Origin: Acidimicrobiia bacterium
Lineage (GTDB): Bacteria > Actinomycetota > Acidimicrobiia > Spongiisociales > ZC4RG35
Direction of reading: 5' to 3'
Assembly: GCA_040880725.1 (NCBI GenBank)
Contig: JBBDHV010000039.1
Span: 6,481 to 70,480 of the forward strand
Length of the DNA: 64,000 bases
The notes under the pieces were generated by a model. It saw only the letters and a list, made by a program, of their open reading frames with translations. It did not search any database and was not told the origin of the DNA. The translations under genes and the position numbers were made by a program. Every line of letters starts with the position of its first letter. Within the stretch, counting starts at the first letter, position 1. This document shows positions 21,190-31,336 of the stretch, piece after piece.

Positions 21190-21849
21190 TCAGCCACCGA
21201 GGTCCTGCAGGAAAGGATTGGTTCGTCGCTCCCGGCCGATCGTGGTCTCCGGCCCGTGTCCCGGAAGCACCCGGACGTCGTCGGGGAGGTCGAGGATCCG
21301 GTCGCGCATCGATCGCATCAACGCCTCGTACGAGCCCCCCGGCAGATCGGTGCGGCCGATGGACCCTGCGAAGAGTTGGTCTCCGGAGAACAACACGCCT
21401 TCGCCCTCCACTTCGACGCAGACGTGGCCCGGGGTATGGCCCGGGGTGTGGCGAACCAGCAACCGGAACCCTGCCATGTCGAGCATGTCACCGTCGCCGA
21501 GCGGATGGCGATCGAGGGGTGGCTCGTAGCTTCCGGGTGGCCGCACACCGAAGAGGGTGCGTAACTGCTCGTCGGGAGCAAGCGTGAGGAAGTCATCGTC
21601 GGGATGGACCCATGTCCCCACCCCGTGGGCTCGCTCGACGTCGCCCGCGCCCCCGGCGTGGTCGACGTGGCCGTGCGTGAGGACGAGGCCGGCCGCCGAC
21701 AGTCGGTGGCGGGACAGCAAGTCCGTGACACCGGCGAGATCAGGAGGAGCGTCGATGATCACCGCCGGTTCTCCTGGGCCGCGCGCCAGCACCCAACAGT
21801 TCGTCTGCGCCGCCCACAAAATGTCCCGATCGATCAACACGATTCCCAC
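21190..21849 (-). CDS. MBL-fold metallo-hydrolase (glyoxalase II-like)
   Basis: HxHxDH motif (THGHVDHAGG) plus downstream His/Asp ligands. Confidence 0.8.
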   Translation of the reverse strand: MGIVLIDRDILWAAQTNCWVLARGPGEPAVIIDAPPDLAGVTDLLSRHRLSAAGLVLTHGHVDHAGGAGDVERAHGVGTWVHPDDDFLTLAPDEQLRTLFGVRPPGSYEPPLDRHPLGDGDMLDMAGFRLLVRHTPGHTPGHVCVEVEGEGVLFSGDQLFAGSIGRTDLPGGSYEALMRSMRDRILDLPDDVRVLPGHGPETTIGRERRTNPFLQDLGG

Positions 21850-21939
21850 GATAGGCCCATGAGTCGGAGGGACTATTCCTCAGGTTTGCCTCCGGCGTGC
21901 CGATGCAAGACGCATATTGCCCCTCGTCCCAGACCACAA

Positions 21940-23028
21940 ATGACGGACCACGCACACCACTACAGCACAGTCACCGTTCCCGTCGGCTTCGGCGGAAAAT
22001 CCAGCCCCTACGTTCCCGACCCCGCCCCCACCCTCCTCGTGGAATTGGCCACGGTGGACCGGGCGAAGGAAGAAGCGAAGGTCGCCGCCCTCCTGGGAGA
22101 GGCGGAAGCGACCGCGGCATCCGTGACCGCCGAGGCGGAGGCCGCCGCGGAGGCGATTCGTGCGGAGGCTGCGGAGGCTGCCGGCACCGTCACAGCGAAC
22201 GCTCGGGCGGATGCAGACGCGGTCATCGCCGCCGCCGAGGACGAGGCCAAGGCGGTGATCGGTGCGGCCGACACCTCCGTCGCCGGCACCCTGGCCAAGA
22301 TCGAGACGAGCGGGTCGGAGCTCGCAGAACGCGCCGCCGGCCTCGAGGCCCTTCGCTCAGAGCTGGATTCACGGGACGCACTCCTCGCCGAGCGGCTGGC
22401 AGCAGTGGACGCCGAAGTCGCGGAGGCGGCAACCATCCTCTCCGCCGCCCACCGCGAGGCAGATTCCGTCCTGGCCGAGGCGCGTGCCTCCGCCGAAGAG
22501 ATTCTCGACTCCGCGCGTCAACAGGCGGAGGACGACGCCCGCGCCCTGGTCGCTGAGGCCCGCACCGCGGCGGAGCACGACCCTGCGGTCCAGGAACGGA
22601 TCGCCGAGATTGGGAGCGTTCACCGCATCGAGGTTCAGGTCCTCCATGACCGAGAAGTGGAACTGCTCGAGCGCATTGCAGATCTGGAAGCCCGCGTCGC
22701 CGCGCCCCCAGTGGTTGCGGGGACCGGCGACGAATCGGCCGGTCTCGAAACCGGGACACCCACCGAAACCCCGCAGGACGCCCCCACTGGGGACGAGGAG
22801 CGGACAGCCGACGATGACGAGTCGATGTCCATCGACCTCGACGACGAGCGGGCGGAAGTGACCGTGCGCCAGGATCGTCTGAACGGCCGCCACACCTCCG
22901 ACGGGCGCACAGCGGAGCGCTCCCCGAGTGCCGGCACGATCGTCACTCACGCACCGCTCATCGAACAACTCAGCACATCGGCGTTTCGCGCGATGCCCGA
23001 TGAACGGAGAGGCCGGAGGCGACGCTGA
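21940..23028 (+). CDS. Ala/Glu/Arg-rich coiled-coil protein (hypothetical)
   Basis: Long heptad-like AEAEAAAEAIRAEAAEAA tracts. The 5' part of the ORF track (21604-21939) overlaps the MBL gene on the other strand, so the start is assigned to the first in-frame ATG that leaves a divergent intergenic gap. Its stop overlaps the next gene's start (TGATG). Confidence 0.5.
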   Translation: MTDHAHHYSTVTVPVGFGGKSSPYVPDPAPTLLVELATVDRAKEEAKVAALLGEAEATAASVTAEAEAAAEAIRAEAAEAAGTVTANARADADAVIAAAEDEAKAVIGAADTSVAGTLAKIETSGSELAERAAGLEALRSELDSRDALLAERLAAVDAEVAEAATILSAAHREADSVLAEARASAEEILDSARQQAEDDARALVAEARTAAEHDPAVQERIAEIGSVHRIEVQVLHDREVELLERIADLEARVAAPPVVAGTGDESAGLETGTPTETPQDAPTGDEERTADDDESMSIDLDDERAEVTVRQDRLNGRHTSDGRTAERSPSAGTIVTHAPLIEQLSTSAFRAMPDERRGRRRR

Positions 23029-23912
23029 TGGATGTCGCCGCGGCCAAGGAGCAGGCTGAGGCACTCGTTCGGGTGGCAGAAACCCTCGTCGCGAAGGCTC
23101 GCGATGAGTCAGAGTCGATCGTTTCGGACGGCCAGAAGCGGGTCGCCGGAATTCTCGCCGATGCAGACGCCCTCCGCAGCGCAGCCGAAAGGGACGCAGC
23201 GTCGACGCGAGCCGAAGCCGAACAGCGTCTGGCGGATGCGCGCCGGGAGGCGGACGCCCTCCTGGCCGAAGCCCGAGATGCCCGAGAAGAAGCGGTGCAG
23301 GCGGCCCGAACCGGGTTGGACGCATCGCGAGCTGCAGGAGGCACCGTTCAGGGAGCTGCACCCGCGGCGTCGACCGATTTCGCAGTCCAAGAGGCGAGCG
23401 AGGTGGCCGATCGGATCCTACGCGTCGCCCGTTCCGAGGCGGAGGCACGCAGCAGGGCAGTGACCGAGGAGGCCCGTCGCCGCGCCGAGATCATCGAGCG
23501 CGACGCCCGGAGCAGGGCCGAAGTCGCGGCGAAGGAGTACCGGGACCTCGTTCGCTCCATGCAGCAGGCGGAACTGTCCGCAAAGTCCCGGATCCGGGAA
23601 CTCGACACCGAGATCGCCCGACTGGAGCGGCTGTTGAACCGTGTCACCGAGGAGGCAGCGCGACGGGGTCTCGACACTGATCCGTCGGCCGACCCGGTCG
23701 AACCTCGCGAGGTGAGTGCGTCCGGAATCGTCTTCCCGACGTCGGCGTCGAGCCGGCCGGCCCCATCTGCCGCGGACGACGACGCCGACCGCACTCCCGA
23801 GTCCGTCGACACCCCCCGCCCGATCGAACGCATCGCCACCGCCGAACAGCCGTCGCGCACTCACGATGTCGATGCGCTTCTGGCCCGCAGGGGAATTCGG
23901 CGCCGAGCCTGA
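23028..23912 (+). CDS. Ala/Glu/Arg-rich coiled-coil protein, tandem paralogue of the preceding gene
   Basis: Same compositional and coiled-coil character (ADALLAEARDAREEAVQAAR). Translationally coupled to the previous gene. Confidence 0.5.
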   Translation: MDVAAAKEQAEALVRVAETLVAKARDESESIVSDGQKRVAGILADADALRSAAERDAASTRAEAEQRLADARREADALLAEARDAREEAVQAARTGLDASRAAGGTVQGAAPAASTDFAVQEASEVADRILRVARSEAEARSRAVTEEARRRAEIIERDARSRAEVAAKEYRDLVRSMQQAELSAKSRIRELDTEIARLERLLNRVTEEAARRGLDTDPSADPVEPREVSASGIVFPTSASSRPAPSAADDDADRTPESVDTPRPIERIATAEQPSRTHDVDALLARRGIRRRA

Positions 23913-23930
23913 GGCTCGATTGCAAACCGT

Positions 23931-24494
23931 TCAGGCGGACGGGACTTCGGTGCGCGCCTGGACGAGGGCGTGGGTGACGAGACCGACGAGCGACCGTTGC
24001 ACGTCGTGACGTTCCCTCGCATCGCAATAGCCCACCGGTGTGGTCGCCGGAATCTGCAGTGCCGCCCGCACGTCCTCGAGCTGGTGAAAGCGTGCACCAT
24101 GGAAGGTGTTGACCGCCACCACGAAGGGAACCGCACGGCTCTCGAAGAAGTCGATGGCTGCGAAGCAGTCGTCGAGTCGGCGGGTGTCGGCGAGGATCAC
24201 CGCGCCGATCGCGCCCCGTGACAGTTCGTTCCACATGAAGTGAAAGCGACCCTGGCCGGGGGTGCCGAACAGATACAGCACCAGATCTTCTCCCAAGCCC
24301 ACGCGGCCGAAGTCCATGGCGACCGTCGTCGTGGTCTTGCGGGTGACATCGGTGAGATCGTCGACACCGGTGCTGGCGTCGGTCATGACGGCTTCGGACC
24401 GAAGCGGCTCGATCTCAGAGATGGCTCCGACGAACGTGGTCTTCCCGACGCCGAACCCGCCGGCAACCACGATCTTCACTGGTGTGCGTCGCAT
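23931..24494 (-). CDS. cvnD: Conservon GTPase CvnD (Ras-like ATP/GTP-binding protein)
   Basis: P-loop VVAGGFGVGKTT and the rest of the small-GTPase fold. The ATG overlaps the cvnC stop (TGATG). The ORF-track start at 24686 is an Arg-rich extension. Confidence 0.8.
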   Translation of the reverse strand: MRRTPVKIVVAGGFGVGKTTFVGAISEIEPLRSEAVMTDASTGVDDLTDVTRKTTTTVAMDFGRVGLGEDLVLYLFGTPGQGRFHFMWNELSRGAIGAVILADTRRLDDCFAAIDFFESRAVPFVVAVNTFHGARFHQLEDVRAALQIPATTPVGYCDARERHDVQRSLVGLVTHALVQARTEVPSA

Positions 24495-24880
24495 CACAGG
24501 CTCCTGATCCCCTCGAGGACCCTCTCGAGCAGTTCGGTGTAGGACGCCGAATTCAGGTCCTCGTCGGCCGGTCGATGGACTCCGACGGCACCGTCCTTCT
24601 CCAGGTCGGCGATCACGACTCGCACCACGCCCAGTGGAAGCGAAAGTGCGGCCGCGATCTCCATCAGAGCGACAGGATTGCGACACACGTCGATCACCTG
24701 GGCCGCCTCCCAGCGATAGCGCGATTGGGCGGCCACACCACGCGGCGTCGCCTCGATCTGGGTCGCGACATCGATGTCCAGGTCGACGTCGGTCCGTCCG
24801 CCGGTGATGGCGTACGGCCGGACGAATCGTCCTTCGGAGGGCTGGTCGGCCATGGCCTCAGTTTCCTCCGAGGAGTTCAC
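24494..24880 (-). CDS. cvnC: Conservon protein CvnC (DUF742)
   Basis: RPYAITGGRT motif characteristic of DUF742. An alternative start lies at M10 (24853). Confidence 0.7.
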   Translation of the reverse strand: MNSSEETEAMADQPSEGRFVRPYAITGGRTDVDLDIDVATQIEATPRGVAAQSRYRWEAAQVIDVCRNPVALMEIAAALSLPLGVVRVVIADLEKDGAVGVHRPADEDLNSASYTELLERVLEGIRSL

Positions 24881-25277
24881 TCTTCAGCTCGTCGCGAACC
24901 TCCGGCGTGAGCACGTCGCCGGCGCGGTCGGAGAACAGGGCCATTTCGTAGCCGATCATCCCGATGTCGGCTTCCTTGGCGGTCATCACGCACAGCAGCG
25001 ATCCGTCACGGATGCCGGTGACGAAGAGCCAGCCGCGTTCCATCTCGATGATCACGTTGTTCACGGTCCCCGCGCCGAAGCGGCCGGCCGATCCGTACGC
25101 GAGGCCGATCAAACCGGAGGCGACGGCTGAGAGTCGCTCCGCAGATTCGCGTTCCACGCCGTCGGACACCGCGAGGGGAAGACCGTCGCTGGAGACCACG
25201 ACTGCCTGGCGAACCGCCGGGATCTGTTCGACGAAGCGAACGATGAGCCAGTTCAGGCTGTCTGCTTCGGGGGTCAT
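24858..25277 (-). CDS. cvnB: Conservon protein CvnB (Roadblock/LC7 domain)
   Basis: 139 aa Roadblock/LC7 fold (VVSSDGLPLA...LSAVASGL). Confidence 0.8.
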   Translation of the reverse strand: MTPEADSLNWLIVRFVEQIPAVRQAVVVSSDGLPLAVSDGVERESAERLSAVASGLIGLAYGSAGRFGAGTVNNVIIEMERGWLFVTGIRDGSLLCVMTAKEADIGMIGYEMALFSDRAGDVLTPEVRDELKSELLGGN

Positions 25278-27457
25278 TCGGAATCTCCTTCCGAGACTTC
25301 CCGTCGTCCGGCGTCGAGGCCTGTCTGGAATGCACCGAAGCTCGACCGGACCACGTCCGGTGATCGATTGGGCTGTGCGACCGGCCGCTCGGATCCAGGG
25401 TCGGATTCGTAGGAGCTCCCCGGTCGTCGCACCGGGAGCGAGCCGATTCCTGGCACGGGCGCCGGCTCGACCGCGGATGGCGGGCCCCAGCGAGGCGGCG
25501 GAATCGGCCGCGGCGCCGGCTGCTTCGGGGTGGCCGGCTTGCCCTGGGGCGCCGGCTGCATTGGTTCGGGTGTCGGGTGTTCGGGGCGTGCCACTCGCGC
25601 GGCGTGATGACGTCCGGCGCCGTTCACGGGTGCCTCGATCGCCTCGGCAGGCTGGGAGACGGGCGCACCCTGCTCGTAGAGGCGGGGCGGCACGAGGAGC
25701 TTCGCCGAGACTCCCGGCGCGCCGGCGACCAGCCGCACGCCGATGCCGTGTCGCTTGGCGAGCATCGCGACGACGTACAGGCCGAGGGTGGGTTCGAGAG
25801 CGAGTCCGATGACAGGGGGATGCTCCAGCAGGCTGTTGAGTTCTGTCAGGCGTGATTGGGGAATGCCCACTCCCCTGTCGGACACTGTGAGGAGATAGCC
25901 CTCCTCGTGGAAGTGGCCGGAGACCCGAACCCGCGTCTGCGGCGGGGAGAACTGGGCGGCATTCTCGATCAGTTCGGACAGGAGATGGGACAGGTCGGCG
26001 ACGACTGCCCCCTTCAAACGCACCGTCTCGAGCGTGAGAACGTCGACTCTGCGGTAGTCCTCGATTTCGCCGATCGCCGCCCGCACGACATCGTCGATGC
26101 CAAGTGGAGTCCGCCAGGTTCTCGGCGGTTCGCTTCCGGCGAGCACGAGCAGGCTCTCGGCGTTGCGACGCATGCGCGTCGCCATGTGGTCGAGCCGGTA
26201 GAAGTCGGCCAGGGCCGCCGGATCCTCCTCGTCGGACTCGAGCTCGTCGATCAGGGCCAACTGACGGTCGATCAGGCTCCGGTTGCGCCTGGCGAGGGTG
26301 ACGAACATCTCGGCAACGCCCTTTCGCAACGTCTCCACCTGTTGGGCAGCCACATGTTCGAGGGTGGACTGCATCGCCGAGAACGACCGTGCGAGGTCAC
26401 CGATCTCATCGGCGCCACGATCCCTGATGGGTGGGATGGACGGGAGAACGGCGTCTTCGCTGGGGTCACGCAGAGCCTCGACGAGTGCGGGGAGTTGCTC
26501 CTGGGCGACATGGTGCGCGCGTTCGGTGATGCTCCGCACACGACGGACGATGGACCTCGAGATCAGTGCGGTCATGACCGCTGCGAGCACGAGCGCGCCA
26601 ACTGCGGCGACCACCACCAGCCACGCTTCGGTTGTCGCCCGCGCGGCAGCCGTCCGGGCGCTCTGCAGCACGGAGTCGGTGAGACGCTCCTCGAAGACGC
26701 CCAGCGCCGTCGCTCGCTCGTCGAGAAGTTGACGCCAGTCGGCTTCGGAAATCAGTGTGGCGTCGTCGGCGGTATCGAGCAGGCGGCTGACCTGGGTGGA
26801 CACACCGCCGATCGCCACCGGCGCACCCGACTGGGCGAACGTCGTTCGAGCTTCGGCGCTGGCCACCGTGTGGAAGAGGTCGGTCCAGCCGGTGAAGTCC
26901 AACTGCAGCGACTGAATACGGTCCTGGGTGGTGGCATCGGCCGAGGAGAGCGGGAACGCGTCGGTGATGACACGTTCCTGGACTCGCGCAACCTGTCGTG
27001 CCCGGCCGATCGCCGAGACGCCTTCCAACGCTCGCGCGGACTCCTGGTTCGCCACTTCGGCGGGAACGAGTGACGCCATCGAGAGCAGGTCACCGGCGAC
27101 CTGGTCATATGCGGCGGCTCCGCCGTCCGCCTGACGCGCCAGTTCGAGTCGCCGAACCGCCGCGTCGAGTTGCCGCCCGAGCGGCGGTACATCGACTGCA
27201 TCGACCGAAGCCCTGAGCGCGCCGAGTCGCGTGTCCGTCTCGGCGACGTCTACGCCGCCGGAACCGGCTTCGTCGGCGAGGGCGTCGACCGTCGCTCGGA
27301 GGTCGATGAGCACCGCAGCCAACTGGGCGGCCGTGCGCTCGTCGTCGGCTTCGGCAAAGGCCGACTGCACGAACAACGCCGAGACGCCACTCAGTGCCAA
27401 CACCAATGGGACTGCGGCAAGAACGAGCTTGCCGGGCAAACGCAGTCTCCGAAACAC
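25274..27457 (-). CDS. cvnA: Conservon sensor histidine-kinase-like protein CvnA
   Basis: N-terminal TM segment, then a long sensor/HAMP-like region and a C-terminal HATPase_c (LLSELIENAAQFS...VSDRGVGIP). ATGA overlap with cvnB. Confidence 0.8.
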   Translation of the reverse strand: MFRRLRLPGKLVLAAVPLVLALSGVSALFVQSAFAEADDERTAAQLAAVLIDLRATVDALADEAGSGGVDVAETDTRLGALRASVDAVDVPPLGRQLDAAVRRLELARQADGGAAAYDQVAGDLLSMASLVPAEVANQESARALEGVSAIGRARQVARVQERVITDAFPLSSADATTQDRIQSLQLDFTGWTDLFHTVASAEARTTFAQSGAPVAIGGVSTQVSRLLDTADDATLISEADWRQLLDERATALGVFEERLTDSVLQSARTAAARATTEAWLVVVAAVGALVLAAVMTALISRSIVRRVRSITERAHHVAQEQLPALVEALRDPSEDAVLPSIPPIRDRGADEIGDLARSFSAMQSTLEHVAAQQVETLRKGVAEMFVTLARRNRSLIDRQLALIDELESDEEDPAALADFYRLDHMATRMRRNAESLLVLAGSEPPRTWRTPLGIDDVVRAAIGEIEDYRRVDVLTLETVRLKGAVVADLSHLLSELIENAAQFSPPQTRVRVSGHFHEEGYLLTVSDRGVGIPQSRLTELNSLLEHPPVIGLALEPTLGLYVVAMLAKRHGIGVRLVAGAPGVSAKLLVPPRLYEQGAPVSQPAEAIEAPVNGAGRHHAARVARPEHPTPEPMQPAPQGKPATPKQPAPRPIPPPRWGPPSAVEPAPVPGIGSLPVRRPGSSYESDPGSERPVAQPNRSPDVVRSSFGAFQTGLDAGRREVSEGDSE

Positions 27458-27544
27458 CGCGGGGGACCCCCTGAATCGTCGTGTGGTCCCATCGGCCCAT
27501 TGCGCCGGAAGCTGAAGGACGAAACGCGGCGTATGCCGGCGAGT

Positions 27545-29743
27545 TCAGTCGGTCGGCTCACTCACCAGGCGGAACGCGGCGAACACGCCGTCGACGCCCC
27601 GCAGGTCGTTGATGAGCTTGTCGACTGATCCCGGGTCGGAGAGTTCGACCTCGTAGCGCAGGATCGCCACCCGGTCCCGGCCCGTGATCGACGACGAGGC
27701 GCTGATGTTGCCGCCCAGGTCGGAGATCACTTCGGTGACGTCACGGAGGAGTTTGGTGCGGTCCAGGGCTTCGACTTGGACCCAGACTGCGAAGCTCCCG
27801 ATGCGGTCGGCGCTCCAGGCGACGTCGACCATCCGCTCCCGACGTTCGTCCGCGAGGGCGTTGAGGTTCGTGCAGTCGTCACGATGGACCGACACACCAC
27901 GACCGACGGTGACGAATCCGACGATGCCGTCCCCGGGAACGGGCGCACAGCACCGGGCGATTCGCACCATCATGTCGTCGAGTCCTTCGACGATGATCCC
28001 GGGGCCCGCCGACGAGTATTTCCGGGGTCGGACAGGAGCGAGGAGGTCCTCGTCGTCGTCTTCGGGGCGGACCGAGCGCACGATCTTGTGCACGACCGAG
28101 TTGACGCCGACTTCGCCTTCGCCCACCGCGGCCATCAAGCCCGCGATGTCCTGTTTCGCGAATTCTGCGGCGACCTCGGCGAGCAGCGCGTCGCGTTCAG
28201 TGGCCCCCAGGCCGAGACCTTCCTTCCTGAGGGCGGTGAGCACCTGATCTCGGCCCTCGACAACAGCCAGTTCCCGTCGTTCCTTGAGGAACCACTGCTT
28301 GATCTTCGTACGCGCCCGGGAGGTGCGCACGAACTTCAGCCAATCTCGGGAAGGCCCGGCTTCGGAGGATTTCGACGTGAGGACCTCGATGATGTCCCCG
28401 GATTCCACCCGGGTCGACAGAGGCATCAGCCGGCCGTTGATCCTCGCGCCGACGCAACGGTGACCGACCTCGGTGTGGACCGCATACGCGAAGTCCACCG
28501 CCGTCGCACCCCGGGGCAGGGTCTTGACATCGCCGTTCGGGGTCATCACGAAGACTTCGTCCTGATAGAGATCGAGTTTCAACGAGTCGAGGAACTCCTG
28601 GGGATCGTCTTCGCCCTGCAGCGCCTGCAATCCGCCCGCCCACTCGAGGGTGGTCGCCTCCTTGCCCTCCTTGTATCGCCAATGCGCGGCGATTCCCGCC
28701 TCCGCCAAACGGTGCATCTCATGGGTCCTGATCTGGACTTCCAATGGCCGGCCGTCCGGCCCGATCACCGTGGTGTGCAGCGACTGGTAGAGGTTGAACT
28801 TGGGCATCGCGATGTAGTCCTTGAAGCGCCCGGAGACCGGCATCCAGCGGGCATGGACCAACCCGAGCACGCCGTAGCACTGCTGCACGGTCTCGACGAC
28901 GACGCGTACGCCGATCAGGTCGTGGATCTCCTCGAACGGCCGGCCGGACTCGACGAGCTTGCGGTAGATCGAATAGTGATGCTTCGGTCGGCCGGAGATG
29001 TCTGCGGAAATCTCCGCGTCGGCGACCATGGCCTGCAGCTCCCGGACGATCTTTTCGATGAAGACGTCCCGTTCGGGCGCTCGGTCGGCCAGGCGCTTTT
29101 CGATCTCGGCGAATCGTTCCGGATACAGGATCTCAAAGCACCGATCCTCGAGTTCGTGTTTGATCTCCTGGACTCCGAGCCGGTGTGCCAGTGGCGCGTA
29201 GATGTCGAGTGTCTCCCTCGCCACCCGTTCCTGTTTTTCGAGACGCAGTGCGGACACGGTTCGGATGTTGTGGAGGCGGTCGCACAGCTTGATGATGAGG
29301 ACACGCACGTCTTGGGCCATCGCGACGACCATCTTGCGGATCGTTGCCGCTTGGGCCTGCTGGGGGCTGTCGTATTCGAGCCGGTCGAGTTTCGTCACCC
29401 CGTCGATGAGGAATGCGACCTCCTGGCCGAACTCGGCAACGATGTCCTCCAGACCTATCTCGGTGTCCTCCACGGTGTCATGGAGGAAACCCGCCGCCAG
29501 CGTGGCCTCGTCGAGTCCGTATTCGGCGAGGATCGACGTGACGGCCACCGGGTGAGTGATGTACGGCTCCCCCGACTTGCGGCGCTGGCCCGCATGAGCC
29601 TGTTCGGCGACCCGAAATGCCTGTTCCAGCACGGATGTGTCCGCGCCGGGATGGTGGCGGACGTACTCCGCCAGGACGAATCGATGATCGAGCGGTTCAG
29701 TACTCGAGGAGAGCATGAAACGGGAGGTCCCCGAGCCGGTCAC
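27545..29743 (-). CDS. relA: Bifunctional (p)ppGpp synthetase/hydrolase
   Basis: HD domain (HDTVEDT), RelA/SpoT synthetase domain, and TGS and ACT C-terminal domains. Confidence 0.9.
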   Translation of the reverse strand: MTGSGTSRFMLSSSTEPLDHRFVLAEYVRHHPGADTSVLEQAFRVAEQAHAGQRRKSGEPYITHPVAVTSILAEYGLDEATLAAGFLHDTVEDTEIGLEDIVAEFGQEVAFLIDGVTKLDRLEYDSPQQAQAATIRKMVVAMAQDVRVLIIKLCDRLHNIRTVSALRLEKQERVARETLDIYAPLAHRLGVQEIKHELEDRCFEILYPERFAEIEKRLADRAPERDVFIEKIVRELQAMVADAEISADISGRPKHHYSIYRKLVESGRPFEEIHDLIGVRVVVETVQQCYGVLGLVHARWMPVSGRFKDYIAMPKFNLYQSLHTTVIGPDGRPLEVQIRTHEMHRLAEAGIAAHWRYKEGKEATTLEWAGGLQALQGEDDPQEFLDSLKLDLYQDEVFVMTPNGDVKTLPRGATAVDFAYAVHTEVGHRCVGARINGRLMPLSTRVESGDIIEVLTSKSSEAGPSRDWLKFVRTSRARTKIKQWFLKERRELAVVEGRDQVLTALRKEGLGLGATERDALLAEVAAEFAKQDIAGLMAAVGEGEVGVNSVVHKIVRSVRPEDDDEDLLAPVRPRKYSSAGPGIIVEGLDDMMVRIARCCAPVPGDGIVGFVTVGRGVSVHRDDCTNLNALADERRERMVDVAWSADRIGSFAVWVQVEALDRTKLLRDVTEVISDLGGNISASSSITGRDRVAILRYEVELSDPGSVDKLINDLRGVDGVFAAFRLVSEPTD

Positions 29744-30212
29744 GTCCTTTGAGGAACGTCAACTCGATGAACACGCTCAACCCCACTACGTGGCCGCCCA
29801 TCTCGTCGAAGAGTCCCACGGCTGCCGCGGCGGTGCCGCCGGTGGCGAGAAGATCGTCGACGATGAGGATGCGATCGCCTTCTGATGCGGCGTCGATGTG
29901 GACCTCGAGAGCATCGGAGCCGTACTCGAGGTCATACTTGCGTGCCTTGGTCTTGTGTGGGAGCTTGCCGGGTTTGCGGACCGGGATGAACCCGGCGCCG
30001 AGCATCCGAGCGATGGGCGCAGCCAGGGTGAACCCCCGTGCTTCGATACCCGCCACCTTGGTGATCCCTTGATCCTGATGCGGTTCGACCATGCGGTCGA
30101 GCAGTTCACGGAACGCCGGGCCGTCGCCAAGCACTGGGGTGATGTCATAGAACAGAATTCCGGGCTTTGGATAGTCCGGAATCTCGCGGATGAGCGCACG
30201 TATGGAATCCAC
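29697..30212 (-). CDS. apt: Adenine phosphoribosyltransferase
   Basis: 171 aa with the PRTase motif ILIVDDLLATGGT. Confidence 0.9.
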   Translation of the reverse strand: MDSIRALIREIPDYPKPGILFYDITPVLGDGPAFRELLDRMVEPHQDQGITKVAGIEARGFTLAAPIARMLGAGFIPVRKPGKLPHKTKARKYDLEYGSDALEVHIDAASEGDRILIVDDLLATGGTAAAAVGLFDEMGGHVVGLSVFIELTFLKGRDRLGDLPFHALLEY

Positions 30213-30244
30213 CGTCGAATCCTACCGCCCGGGCGGCGCTGCCT

Positions 30245-31336
30245 TCATCGCCGTCCCTTCTTCGGGGGTCGTGGTGCGGGTCCGCTGCCCGGGGGCCGAT
30301 CCGGGGAGGCCTCGGTGCGTTCGGGCTGTCTCTTCGGGGCCTGGGGTGGAGCCGCGGTGGCCGGCCCCACAGCCTTGGCTGCTCGGAGATCCCGGATGCG
30401 GTGTACCTCGTGCCGCTGGGCGGTCCACTCGTCCTCGCCCTCCCGCCACACGGCGAGCAGCGGACCGGCGATCATGATCGACGAGTAGGTGCCGGCGGCC
30501 ATTCCCACGAACAGCGCCAGTGCGAAGTCCTGCAGGCTGGAAGCGCCGAGCAGGATCGACCCGACGAACAGCAGCGACCCGACCGGGATGAGCGACGTGA
30601 GGGACGTCAGCAGCGAGCGGATGAGCACCTTGTTCATCGCCCGGTTGACGATCTCTGTGTAGGTGTGGTCGTCTCGCATCTCGTCGGTGTATTCCTCGAC
30701 CCGGTCGAAGACGACGACGGTGTCGTAGAGCGAATACCCGAGGATCGTGAGAAGGGCGACCACGGTGGCCGGCGTCACAGGGAACTGGAGCAGGGCGTAC
30801 ACGCCGATCGTGATGATCATGTCGTGGAAGAGGGCAACGATCCCGACGAGCCCCATTTTCCATTGCAGACGCCAGGCGATGAAGAGGACCGCCAGCGCCA
30901 GGAACACTCCGAGCGCGATGAGTGCTTGGCGCGCGACGAGGGTGCCGAAGGTGGGACCCACCGCATCGAGGGACGAGTCCACCCGTTCGACGCCGGTCAG
31001 CGAGGTGATGACGTCGATCAGTTCGTCTTCTGCGGCCTGGTCGAGCGGACCTGTCTGGACGAGAACCGCCTCCCCGTCGTCGATCAACTGGATGCGGGCG
31101 TCGCCCAGCCCGAGGGAGGTGATGGTCTCTCGGAGGTCCTCGACTCCGGCGCCGGCCGGGTTGGGGCTCTGGATCGCCACTCCACCTTCGAACTCGAGAC
31201 CGAAGTTGAGTTGGCGCAGACCGAGCGCAGCAAGTGACACGAGGATCAGGACTGCAGAGAACATGAACCACCGACGCCGGAGACCGACGAAGTCGATGGT
31301 GGTCTCGCCCCGGGAGATGTTCGTGAGCGCACTCAT
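30245..31336 (-). CDS. secF: Protein translocase subunit SecF
   Basis: Six-TM SecF with a Pro-rich C-terminal tail. Overlaps the secD stop. Confidence 0.9.
   Translation of the reverse strand: MSALTNISRGETTIDFVGLRRRWFMFSAVLILVSLAALGLRQLNFGLEFEGGVAIQSPNPAGAGVEDLRETITSLGLGDARIQLIDDGEAVLVQTGPLDQAAEDELIDVITSLTGVERVDSSLDAVGPTFGTLVARQALIALGVFLALAVLFIAWRLQWKMGLVGIVALFHDMIITIGVYALLQFPVTPATVVALLTILGYSLYDTVVVFDRVEEYTDEMRDDHTYTEIVNRAMNKVLIRSLLTSLTSLIPVGSLLFVGSILLGASSLQDFALALFVGMAAGTYSSIMIAGPLLAVWREGEDEWTAQRHEVHRIRDLRAAKAVGPATAAPPQAPKRQPERTEASPDRPPGSGPAPRPPKKGRR

Noticed and set aside
21604-21939. 5' extension of the first coiled-coil ORF
   Set aside because: It overlaps the MBL-hydrolase gene on the opposite strand and is Arg/His-rich. 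A start at the first ATG past the divergent gap is more plausible.
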